From positions 64,001-128,000 of the IMG/VR virus record IMGVR_UViG_3300013121_000033: DNA of 64,000 nucleotides. The stretch is one strand, 5' to 3'. This document shows, one piece after another, positions 17,894 through 27,062 of this stretch (positions are counted from its first letter, which is position 1; each line of letters begins with the position of its first letter). The translations under genes and the position numbers were made by a program. Under the pieces are notes generated by a model. That model saw only the letters and a list, made by a program, of their open reading frames with translations, did no database searches and was not told where the DNA came from. Source of the DNA: a virus. Taxonomy: Duplodnaviria; Caudoviricetes.

Positions 17894-20800
17894 AACAGGG
17901 ACGGCTGGGCGTCGTCCACTGGCCGCCGTCGTTCCTGCACTCCTGCGTACTGGGGGCCTCCGCGGTAGCCGCGTTCGATCCGCTGGCGGATCAACGGCAG
18001 GTAGTCGCCGGTCTTTTCGACTGCGACCACGTTGAACCCTTCGAGGATCGCAGCCTCGATCGTGGTGCCGGACCCGGCGAACGGCTCAAGGATCACGCCC
18101 GGTCGGGATTCAAGGGGCGTCCCGCAGACACGACACCGCCGCAGTGCGGACAGATGACCGGCTTCCGCGGCTTCGGCAGCCTGTCGTGCTCGCGCTTCGG
18201 GAGCACTTCCAGATTCTCCGGCCGGTTGTCCGCCTTGTCGCCGTTCTTGTGGTGCACGACCTCGTCGGCGGTCAGCATCCGACCCAAGTGCTCCGCCATG
18301 ACCATCCGATGCACCAACACCATCCCGGTCTTCGACGCCATCGGGTGCTCCGGTCGATACACGGCCAGGTAGCCCCGTGGCGTCACGGTTGGCGTGGTCT
18401 TGCGTCGGGAGAGACCCGCCGCCTTTGCGGCACACGCCCGCGAGCAGAACCGTGTCGTCTTCGCTCGCGGCGAGAATGTCGTCCCGCACTTCTCGCACGC
18501 TCGCTCGGGGATTGGCGTGCGGCCCCGCATCGCCTCCGCCGCGCACGTCGGTGAGCAGAACTTCTGACGCGCCCTCCTCGTCGTCGTTCCGCACACGGGA
18601 CACGGGGAGCGGGGAATCACCCGGCTCGCCGCCCGGCACGCGTCGGAGCAATACGTCGCCTCCGCCCGCTTGACTGTCGTCCCGCACAGGGGGCACGTCG
18701 TCAAGGGGTGCTTCCGTGCTCGCCCGGCGGCCTTGTTCCTGCACCGCACCGAACAGACGATCTGTTCCGGTCTGTTGGGTGTGAACGGTTCTTGGCATTC
18801 TCTGCACAGCTTCACGATCAGGCAGCGTAGAACACGCGGGGCAGTGCCATGTGGACGGCGGGGTCACCAACCTGCACAGCCAGCGCATCAACGCGAGCGG
18901 TTTCACCGTCGGATGCCGGGTCCCGTCCTCCCCGACCGGTCGTTCCGACGACGGCGCCTTCGCGACGTACATGAACGCCGGATCGGGTAGCTCCACCTCG
19001 AACGTCGGGAAGAACCGCGACGCCCCGCCCGTGTCGCTGTACTCCGCTCCCGTTCTTCGCATACCGAACCCTTTGCCGCCGTCACGAGTCCATGACGACT
19101 CCTCGGTCCCGCGCCGCTCACTCCCAGGTCGACCGGACACGTCCCCGGACTGTTCGTCGAGCGCGGCGACCGGACACCCCGGCTCGCACTCCCACTCCGG
19201 CACATGCCGCCAACGGTTCCATTCGCTGGCTCCCGACTCAGCGCTCGTCTTGCCACCTTCGTAGCCGACCTTGCCTGGGGTCTTGACGGTGCGGGTGCCG
19301 ACCTGTCGGCACCCCTCGGAATGGGAGAACGTGAAGTAGTCGGACCACCCGGGCGGGATCAACTCAGCCGGGATCGCAACTCCGCGTTCTCCGCCCGGAG
19401 CCGTTCCACCTCGATCAGCAACATCGCGTACTGTCGCTCGATCTCCCGATGACCCACCGAATGCGCCGCCCTCGGGACCACAGTCAGGTTCTCCGGGCGG
19501 TTGTCCGCCTTCTCCCCATTCTCGTGGTGCACCACCTCGTTCGTCGTCAGCGGCCGTCCCAGCTTCGCTGCTGCTACCGCCCGGTGCTCCGCCACGTACC
19601 GCTGTGTCGGCTTGACCATCTGCCTGACGAGCGCTTGCGTCGCCTCGGGGAGCAGGTCGATCATCACGAACCGGTAGCCCCCGCTGTTCGTGTAGGTCCC
19701 GCCCTTCCACTGCGACGATCGTTCCTTCACGTACCGGCCCGTCGCTGCCGCCGACATCTTCGCCCGCGCCTCCGTGGTGTGTGCCTTCCCCAGCCGGTTC
19801 CGGTTCCTTGCGTTCGCTGCCTGTCGGCATCGAGCCGAGCAGTACCGGCGACGACCGTTTCGCACCCACCCCGGAGTCACCTCGAACGGCTCGTTGCACT
19901 GACGACAGTTGATCGTCACCCACTCCGTCTTGCGGACCCCCTTCCGCGAAGCCCCCGTGCACGCCATCGAGCAAAACTTCCGTCTCGCCAGGTCCGACGG
20001 CATCCCCCAAATCGGCTCGCCGCAGTGGGCGCAAGGCTTCGAGATTGCCGTAGTAGGCAACGATCGCATCTTCGACTTCGGCGGGGAGGTCATCGCGGAG
20101 AGCGTAGTAGTCATACCGCAGATGCGACATCACGAAGTTGGCGGGCCACCGGCCCTCGGTGGTCGTGCCGACCGCTTTCGATCCGCCGTCGAACCCCGAC
20201 CCGGCGTTCTGCCTGCCCGCGTACACGGCCCCGTTAGCCGATTCCTTCGGGTCGATCTCACGGGCTGGTCGCCCACCGGCCTCCGTCGGAGCGACCCGTG
20301 TGCCGTCGATGTTGAGTGCGCCGGTGCCGTGTTCGAGCACGTTCGCGGCGAGGGTGCCTGACAGCGGCTTGCGGGCGAGAAGGATGGGCTCATGAGCGGG
20401 CTTCAACGCCGTCCCCCATGACGACCACCGCTCGGCAAGGTCCGAGGTAGGGACCCGCTCGACGCGCTCGCCAACCCATCGTTCACCGTCGCCCTGGTAG
20501 CCAAAATCACCACGGGTGATGGCGACAACCTCGTCGCCCCGCTCCATCGCTTCATCGAACGGCGTGACGTCGAGCCCCATCGCCACCTTGATCCTCGGCC
20601 ACAGCCCCGGCTCGGGCAGGCTGATCCCGTCCTCCCAGTTCCGCACGTTCCCGTCCGACCGACCATCGAAGATCGCCCGCTCAAACTCGGCACGCGATAA
20701 CCCCAGTTCCTCGCGACGCGCCCGCATGAACACGACCGCCTCCCGCGCCGCTAGTGCACCACCCGCACGCTTCGCGATCGCCTTCCCAACATTCATGGAC

Positions 20801-22156
20801 TTCGGGAAGCCTGAGTTGCCGGTGATGAACACCTTGCCGTTGCGGCGAGCAACAAACGCGCCCGAGGGTACGCCGATGCACCACACCTCACCCGTGTAGC
20901 TCTCCCACATCGCAGCGTCCAGGTGCCTGTGCTGTAGCTCAGTCGTGGCCGTCTGGCGGGCGTACACAGCGCCACCCGAGCGACCGGTGGCCGGGTCTCG
21001 CATCCCGACCTTCCCGGCCCGCCCGGTGAGGGCTAGCAAGGTCTGGAACCACACGAGGTCGTCCTCGTGCTTCTGGAAGAACTGCCATGCCCCGAGCGCC
21101 CCTCGCTTCCGTTGCTGGTGGCCGTCGCCGAGTAGCGCCGCTTCGAGCAACGCCTCCTTCTCCGCTGCCGTCATCCGCCACAGCAGTTCGTACGTGGGCC
21201 GCTTGCCGGGGAGGTCCGCCCGCACGCGGTTCGCTAGGTCGCCGGAGAAGAACCACGTCGTTTCGACGTACTCACGGTCGCGGTAGGTGCGGGTCCGGTC
21301 GTATCGCTTGTGGGTGCCGAGACGATCCATGAGAGCAGCAATCTGCGCCACCTTGTCAGAGTTGACACTCGACTGGTAAATCCGCACGCCGGTGCCAGAC
21401 AGATCGAACCCGCCTTCGGTCCATACCCAGCCGAGCAGCGCTGCGTAGTCGGTACCGCCGATGCCGGGGCCGTCGTGTAGCCCCGCGACTGGCAACCGGA
21501 GGCGGCGGGCCGGGCGCAGGTCGGCAGCTTCAGCGACGGTCCACACGTTGTCGTACCACTCGCGGCGAACCCCGTTGGTCATCCGCCGTTGGGAGCGCTG
21601 GTGCCAGACACGGTGGTTCGGGGTGAGCATCTGATCGGTGTCGGCATTGCGGAGCACGGTCATGGGACCGTCCCACGGTGCCCGGTAGGTGCGATCGACT
21701 GCGGCGAGAGTTACCGCTCCCGTCGCTGGGTCCCACTGTGCGACGAGGTCGCCTTCCACAAGGTCGATGCCAGAACGCCAACCCGTCGGGGTCAGCACCT
21801 CGACATCGTCGGTGAGGCACCCGTAGACCCAGTGGATCGAGTCTCTGATCTCGAACCCGGCGTCCTCAACCCCCGAAGCCAACCGGTGATAGCAGCGGGT
21901 CGCGCCGAACGCGACCAGGTGGCCGCCCGGTTTCAGCACACGGAAGCATTCCGCAGCCCACTCGCGGCACCACTCCTCGAACCGGCGCGGCGACTCGAAC
22001 GCATCCCAACTCGAACCCATGAAGCCGCCGCCCGGGAAGGCATAAGGCGGGTCCGTCACGAACTGCGTCGATCGAGCAGTCAGGGAGGGTGGGGAGGATG
22101 TCCTCGACGCGGCCGTGGTGGATCGCGACGCGGTCGTCGGTGTACCAGATGGTCAC
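17890..22156 (-). CDS. N4/N6 DNA methyltransferase carrying an intein, an XRE-HTH and two overprinted HNH inserts; +1 nt frameshift near 22060
   Basis: TDPPY, RVLKPGG, GFPKS, WGTALKPAHEPI, GRWPAN, HPTVKP, EPFAGSGTT. The N-terminal strand (..IHHGRVEDILPTLPDCSIDAV) from GTG 22156 is in a different frame from DPPY. Confidence 0.85.
18093..18815 (-). CDS. HNH homing endonuclease overprinted (+1 frame) inside the methyltransferase
   Basis: Four CxxC...CSxxC zinc repeats, then GY..VY.PEHP...VLVHRMVMAEHLGRML...EVVHHKNGDKADNRPENL; TACGCT 8 nt upstream of GTG. Confidence 0.9.
   Translation of the reverse strand: MKLCRECQEPFTPNRPEQIVCSVRCRNKAAGRARKHPLTTCPLCGTTVKRAEATYCSDACRAASRVIPRSPCPVCGTTTRRARQKFCSPTCAAEAMRGRTPIPERACEKCGTTFSPRAKTTRFCSRACAAKAAGLSRRKTTPTVTPRGYLAVYRPEHPMASKTGMVLVHRMVMAEHLGRMLTADEVVHHKNGDKADNRPENLEVLPKREHDRLPKPRKPVICPHCGGVVSAGRPLNPDRA
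19359..20093 (-). CDS. Second HNH homing endonuclease overprinted (+1 frame) inside the methyltransferase
   Basis: Two zinc repeats, NUMOD3-like GKAHTTEARAKMS, WKGG, YVAEHR...LGRPL...EVVHHENGEKADNRPENL; TACGCT 7 nt upstream of ATG 20093. Confidence 0.9.
   Translation of the reverse strand: MTSPPKSKMRSLPTTAISKPCAHCGEPIWGMPSDLARRKFCSMACTGASRKGVRKTEWVTINCRQCNEPFEVTPGWVRNGRRRYCSARCRQAANARNRNRLGKAHTTEARAKMSAAATGRYVKERSSQWKGGTYTNSGGYRFVMIDLLPEATQALVRQMVKPTQRYVAEHRAVAAAKLGRPLTTNEVVHHENGEKADNRPENLTVVPRAAHSVGHREIERQYAMLLIEVERLRAENAELRSRLS
20815..21819 (-). mobile_element. Intein (335 aa) with LAGLIDADG-type endonuclease in methyltransferase
   Basis: WVYG|CLTDDVEVLTPTGW ... LLGWVWTEG ... LLEAALLGDG ... 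RRNGKVFITGN|SGFPKS; removal restores WVYGSGFPKS. Confidence 0.9.
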
Positions 22157-22181
22157 AGGTGGGGGAGCGTAGGCGAAGGGG

Positions 22182-22601
22182 TTACGCGGTGATGTGGTTG
22201 AGGGCGGCGGTGGCGGTCTGGCCGAGGAGTTCGTAGACGGGGTCGGGGTAGTCGGCGGCGTGGCGGTCGTGGTAGTCGGCGAGGGCGTCGATGAACTTGT
22301 TGGGTTGGCGGGTGCGGGCGGTGATCGCGACGGCTTCGGTGACGAACACGAGGTCGGCGAGGTCGGTGATCTCGTGTTCGCTGGTGGCGCCGTCCAGGGC
22401 TGCGGCGGCCCGGTGGAGGATCGCGGTTTCGAGGAGTTCGTGGAGGCTCGTGAAGTGGACGTAGACCGCTCCGGCGGTGAACCCGGCGGTGCGGGCGATG
22501 TCCTGGACGCGTGTCCGGTAGCCCTTCTCTGCGAACAGGTCCGCTGTTGCGGTGATGAGGCGTTCACGGGTGGAGAGTTCGATGTCGATGACGTTGCTCA
22601 T
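22182..22601 (-). CDS. TetR-family HTH regulator
   Basis: RERLITATADLFAEKGY..RVQDIARTAGFTAGAVYVHF. Confidence 0.85.
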   Translation of the reverse strand: MSNVIDIELSTRERLITATADLFAEKGYRTRVQDIARTAGFTAGAVYVHFTSLHELLETAILHRAAAALDGATSEHEITDLADLVFVTEAVAITARTRQPNKFIDALADYHDRHAADYPDPVYELLGQTATAALNHITA

Positions 22602-22649
22602 GGTGAACATTCTTGTTCGGATGGGGGTGGTGGGTCAACGGGGCTGCCG

Positions 22650-22988
22650 TCAGCCCGCACCCCGCTCGTACTCGGTCATGGCAGGTCGCGGATGACCAGC
22701 GGCGACGACGTTCAAGTTCGCCGAATCGGTACGGGGGACGCCCTCGACGCGGCCACGGTGCACCGCCCACCCGTCCGGGTCGATCCCGGCGCCGACATGA
22801 ACCGCCCAGTCCCGGGGCCGTGGTTCCTGCGACGCCCGCCGCGATCTCGGCGTCAACGCTGCGTACCGGTAGTTCCCGACCGTGTCCGTCCCGGTCCGGT
22901 CATTCCAGATGACCAGCAGCGCCGTCACCCCACCCCACGCCGACCGCGGGTTCCCACCCGGGTGCAGTTCAACCTCCACGACGATCAC
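22650..22988 (-). CDS. Hypothetical protein
   Basis: GTGA overlap with the upstream methyltransferase. Confidence 0.55.
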   Translation of the reverse strand: MIVVEVELHPGGNPRSAWGGVTALLVIWNDRTGTDTVGNYRYAALTPRSRRASQEPRPRDWAVHVGAGIDPDGWAVHRGRVEGVPRTDSANLNVVAAGHPRPAMTEYERGAG

Positions 22989-23671
22989 AGCAGCGTCCCA
23001 GGTTCGTTGGTCCACCACACTTCGCTGTAAGAACGATGGCCCCCGTCGTTCATTGCGAACTGTCCGTTCCACGGCATCCAATCGGCTCCCTTCTGCTCGC
23101 ACACGATGACTTGCCCGCGTCGGGTCATCGACCATGACGCAAGGGCCTGGAAGTTGATGTTCGTATTGTCGTAGCGGTAGCGACCTCCCCGAGTCCGGTC
23201 CGGGCGTCCGGCTTGGTATTGATAAGGCGGGTCGATAAACCAGGTAGCTTCGATGTCGGGAGCGTCGGCGTAGTCGCCATGACGTACGTCGAAGTGGCGG
23301 CACTCGTCCACGACAGCGGCGATGCGTTGCACCATTGGCGTGAACCGCTGCGCCATCCGTTCCGTGACTTGGAACTCGGACGGAGTGTCGCGAGTTGTTC
23401 GGCCGGAAGCAAACGCTACAAGCAGGTCGTCGCAAGACGCTCCAACCGTGGGAGGTTTCATTGCTCGAATTGCGTGGGCAGGGGTAGCAAGCAGGCGATG
23501 CCACAGTTCTACGACTCGTTCGTCGCGTTCTACCAGGATCACTGTCGGTGAGCGACGGTGAAGCACCGCGTACGCGGCGGACCCGGCAAAGGGTTCCACG
23601 ACTGCCGCACAGCGCGGGGCGGGATAGCGGCGAGCAGCTAGAAACTTGGAGCCGTAATACTTGAACATCAC
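22985..23671 (-). CDS. Dam/D12-like N6-adenine DNA methyltransferase
   Basis: FKYYGSK, EPFAGSAAY, FIDPPY; lower GC than neighbours. Confidence 0.85.
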   Translation of the reverse strand: MMFKYYGSKFLAARRYPAPRCAAVVEPFAGSAAYAVLHRRSPTVILVERDERVVELWHRLLATPAHAIRAMKPPTVGASCDDLLVAFASGRTTRDTPSEFQVTERMAQRFTPMVQRIAAVVDECRHFDVRHGDYADAPDIEATWFIDPPYQYQAGRPDRTRGGRYRYDNTNINFQALASWSMTRRGQVIVCEQKGADWMPWNGQFAMNDGGHRSYSEVWWTNEPGTLL

Positions 23672-24516
23672 AACATCGCCGTCTGTTCAGGGGGCGGTTC
23701 CTGAGCAGCGAACAACGACACGGTCGTGTTGTCGAGCCGGGCCGCGGCCATCTCCGCGTACCGTTCGGACTTCTCGATCCCCACGGCCCGCACACCCGCC
23801 GCTTTCGCTGCTACGAGCGTGGTGCCCGATCCGGCGAACGGGTCGAGCACGGCAGACGGAGCGGTCGTTTCGATCGCACGCGCCGGTAGACCGACAGGGA
23901 ACGGAGCCGGGTGCGGGTTGCCCCTTTCCTGCGGCACCGACCAGACGTCGCCGACGCCGGACGCGCCTTTCGACTTGAGCCGCCACGATTCTTCCGCGAC
24001 GACGATGATCACCTCGTAGGTCGGGACGTAGTGAGTCGGCGCGAAGTTGATCCCTCCCGCCCGCGCCCAGATGATCTCCTGACGGACCGGGAGTGCATCG
24101 GGGATGAGGCATCGCGGGTGCCAGAGAGTGCGTTGCGGGCGCGGCTTGTGGTTGTAGAAGATCGCACCGTTGGCGGTGAGGCAGCCCCACATCGCTGTGA
24201 CACAGGCGCGCTGCCACTCCTCGTACTCCCCCATCGGCATAGCGTCGTCGTGGTCGTCGTAGCCGTGAGCGAGTCCGTCAGCGTGATCGAGCCGCTTCCA
24301 CTTATGGTGTCCGCCTGACCCTTTCACCCCACCCCACTTCCCCATCTTCATGTCGGGGTACTTTCGGGTGTCGGCGAACCCGCCTCCCGTGCTTGTCCCG
24401 AGGTTGTACGGCGGGGAGGTGAACACGAGGTCGAACCGCTCGTCGAGTTGCGGCATGACTTCGAGGCAGTCGCCGACGTAGATCGTGACGTTGTCGGCGT
24501 TGTAGTAGGGGGTCAC
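23668..24516 (-). CDS. N4/N6 DNA methyltransferase
   Basis: GDCLEVM, FTSPPYN, HPAPFP, DPFAGSGTT. Confidence 0.9.
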   Translation of the reverse strand: MTPYYNADNVTIYVGDCLEVMPQLDERFDLVFTSPPYNLGTSTGGGFADTRKYPDMKMGKWGGVKGSGGHHKWKRLDHADGLAHGYDDHDDAMPMGEYEEWQRACVTAMWGCLTANGAIFYNHKPRPQRTLWHPRCLIPDALPVRQEIIWARAGGINFAPTHYVPTYEVIIVVAEESWRLKSKGASGVGDVWSVPQERGNPHPAPFPVGLPARAIETTAPSAVLDPFAGSGTTLVAAKAAGVRAVGIEKSERYAEMAAARLDNTTVSLFAAQEPPPEQTAML

Positions 24517-24965
24517 GACGCCTCGGTGGGGTGGGCGGTGCCGACCGGTTGGCCGTAGCGGTTCAGCCGGTCGTTGACGTACCGGCGGAACTCTTCGAGG
24601 ACCGGGAGCATCCGTTCTTGGAGATGCGGGGGTGCGATCTCGTAGGCGTGTTCGCAACGGGCCAGGTCGCCTGCATCGTGCGGGCAGTTCCAGTCGCACT
24701 CGTCGCCGCGCCACCACCACGCCCCTTCGGTTTCGGTCCAACCTGGGGAGCGGGGCCGGTCGAGGACCCCGACCGCGTGACAGACGAGCGCATCCGACGA
24801 CACACCCCGGTTGGTGGTGGCGAGCCAGGCGTGGATGAAGTCCCGTTCGGCGCGGAACAGGTCGGCGTCGGCCCCGCGGGGAGCCCGGTCGAGGGTGCGG
24901 GCGATCGTGGTGAGACGCCCGGCGAGGAGCGCTGACGATTCTTTGGTGAGCGTGGAGAAAGCCAT
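24513..24965 (-). CDS. Hypothetical protein
   Basis: Coupled overlaps on both sides. Confidence 0.55.
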   Translation of the reverse strand: MAFSTLTKESSALLAGRLTTIARTLDRAPRGADADLFRAERDFIHAWLATTNRGVSSDALVCHAVGVLDRPRSPGWTETEGAWWWRGDECDWNCPHDAGDLARCEHAYEIAPPHLQERMLPVLEEFRRYVNDRLNRYGQPVGTAHPTEAS

Positions 24966-26716
24966 CAGAACAGAGACGGTGCGGGAGTGGTGCCCGCTTG
25001 GAGGATGGTGAGGGTCGAGAAGTTCGACGCGGCGTGTTTCTGCTCGAACGGGACGACGATCTTGCCGGTCCCGTCGCAGGTGTCGCACAGGCCGAGTGGT
25101 TTCATCACGCCGACGAACCCGGTGGCTTTGCAGTCGGGGCAGTTCACCTTGCGGTCCGGTTGGGGTCTGACGTTCGCCCGGTAGTGGAACTCGTCGACCT
25201 TGCGGGCGCCGAGTGTTTCGGCGTGCCGGGCGACCATGTCGGGCTGCCACCACTTCCGCCCCGAGTTCACCTGCGCCATCGACTTGTAGAGGACGTAGCC
25301 CTCCGGTCGGGCGACTTGGAGCGCCCCGGCCAGCATGCGGAGCATGAGGTCATGGCGGTCGTCTCGGGAGGTGACGACGTGCACTCCGTAGCGGGCGTCG
25401 ACCTCGGCGGTGGGGGTGCCGTTGCAGTTCCCCGTGAAGTAGACGTAGCCGTTCCGCCTGGCGAGCCAGGTGTGGTTTGGGACGGTGACGCACCACACAG
25501 CGCAGGTCTGCTCGGTTACTTGGGCCGGTTTCCTGGACATGCGGATGTGTGTTCGGTTTCGAAGATTGACGGTGTGGCCGAGGTGCGGGTGGTGTGATGT
25601 CGAGGTCGCAATCCCTGCGAGGGTGCACGCGTACTGGAACGCTTCGGCCATCGGTTCGAGCCGTTGCGTCAGCCGCCGAGTCCCGATCGGTGACCGAGTG
25701 CCGTCGGCGGCGAGCGACGTCCCGATGAAGAGTTCAAGCTGGTCAGAGGTGAGCGAGTCAATGAAAGCTCGGGAGACGACCTTGTGGGGGGCGTGGCGGA
25801 GCAGTTCACGTCCCACGTCGGCGGAGAAGATGAACAGAGTGTTCCGTCCTTCGGTCCTGACCCGCCACCGGAGAACGCCGTCGGTCGTGCCGCTCAGGCG
25901 AGGGAACCGTTCGACCGGCGGGCCGTACAGCTTTTCGAAGCACTGGTAGATGCGTTCGCAGTTGTTGGGATTGACAGCGTGCGACTGTGTGATCTTCCCG
26001 TAGGCGCCGGAACCGACCGCTCCCGATCGTCCGCCGTCGATGTGGCCTTCGGTCCAGAACCAGGCGACGAGTTCCACGAGAGCGTCGTCATGCACAGTTT
26101 CGGTCGGCTGGTTCGCATGCCTGGCGCAAAGTTGCACACGGTGACCAGTGCCAAACGTCGTGCTCGTCGCCCACGTTCGGCGCCCCTGGTAGTCGACCAC
26201 AGGCCAACGGTGGTCGTGGGTCGTGAGCGACGAGTGCGACTTGCCGCTGATCTCCACCATCTGCCGTGGTTCGGCCGGGAGGACGTGGACGTGTTGGACA
26301 GGCTGCCACTCGCCAAGCCCTGACTCGTGGTTCAAGGTGTAGACCTCGTCGCCAACCTGGCATTCAGCCCATGTCCTCCATCCGGCCCTCGTCATGATCT
26401 CGGTGTCAAGCGAGACGCATTTGTATGGAGGGTCGACGACCACGGCGTCGAACCGGCCGAGCAGGTGGGCGGGAGGTGCGGCAGCGTCGACCGAATAGCC
26501 GATTGGAGAGATGTCCGGGTTGAGGTCGCAGGCTGTCAGGTGAGTCGGGGTCCACACCGTCCAGAAGCCACCGGCCTCACCGTAGGTGAGGTCGATGATC
26601 GTCATGTCGTCGTTGAGGTAGCGGCCGTGGCGGGCGATGTCCGCGATCAGCACAGCGTTCGATGACCAGTCGCCGATCGCGAGTAACGGCCACCTGAACA
26701 GAGAGAGGTCAGGCAC
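24965..26716 (-). CDS. DNA methyltransferase with intein
   Basis: IDLTYGEAGGFW, FDAVVVDPPY, RPQP...QKHA..N.S; start re-called at GTG 26716. Confidence 0.8.
   Translation of the reverse strand: MPDLSLFRWPLLAIGDWSSNAVLIADIARHGRYLNDDMTIIDLTYGEAGGFWTVWTPTHLTACDLNPDISPIGYSVDAAAPPAHLLGRFDAVVVDPPYKCVSLDTEIMTRAGWRTWAECQVGDEVYTLNHESGLGEWQPVQHVHVLPAEPRQMVEISGKSHSSLTTHDHRWPVVDYQGRRTWATSTTFGTGHRVQLCARHANQPTETVHDDALVELVAWFWTEGHIDGGRSGAVGSGAYGKITQSHAVNPNNCERIYQCFEKLYGPPVERFPRLSGTTDGVLRWRVRTEGRNTLFIFSADVGRELLRHAPHKVVSRAFIDSLTSDQLELFIGTSLAADGTRSPIGTRRLTQRLEPMAEAFQYACTLAGIATSTSHHPHLGHTVNLRNRTHIRMSRKPAQVTEQTCAVWCVTVPNHTWLARRNGYVYFTGNCNGTPTAEVDARYGVHVVTSRDDRHDLMLRMLAGALQVARPEGYVLYKSMAQVNSGRKWWQPDMVARHAETLGARKVDEFHYRANVRPQPDRKVNCPDCKATGFVGVMKPLGLCDTCDGTGKIVVPFEQKHAASNFSTLTILQAGTTPAPSLF
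25427..26419 (-). mobile_element. Intein (331 aa), LAGLIDADG-type
   Basis: DPPYK|CVSLDTEIMTRAGW ... LVAWFWTEG ... SLAADG ... RRNGYVYFTGN|C. Confidence 0.9.
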
Positions 26717-26732
26717 GAACGGGGGGGGAGGG

Positions 26733-27056
26733 TCAGTCGGCGGTGAGCGTGACGCCGAGGTCAGCGACGGTCGACGCGACCGCTTCCCGCACCTCGGCGA
26801 GAGCCGCTTCGTCGATGTAGCAACGGGCGTCGCGGCCCGACGCGTAGAACCACTGCTCGATCTGCTCGAAGAACCAGCCGGGCGACCTGCCGACCCGGAA
26901 CGCGACAGCGGGGAAGTCGCCCCGGTAGCGCTCACGCCACATCGCGATCGTGCCCCGCGCGATCTGTTCGTCCGTCGCCCTGTTCCGGATGATCGTCGCG
27001 ATCTCGTACTCGCCGACCGGGGTCAACGTCGCTGCTGATGTCGTTGTTCGTGCCAT
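26733..27056 (-). CDS. Excisionase/AlpA-like HTH DNA-binding protein
   Basis: VGEYEIA...TIAMWRERY..DFP......SPGW...IEQW; has its own promoter. Confidence 0.6.
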   Translation of the reverse strand: MARTTTSAATLTPVGEYEIATIIRNRATDEQIARGTIAMWRERYRGDFPAVAFRVGRSPGWFFEQIEQWFYASGRDARCYIDEAALAEVREAVASTVADLGVTLTAD

Positions 27057-27062
27057 CACAAC

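Noticed and set aside
18103-20121. HNH inserts as group I introns or inteins
   Set aside because: The HNH ORFs fill nearly the entire inserts, leaving no room for a ribozyme core, and there are no intein C1 or terminal N motifs; RNA splicing is not formally excluded
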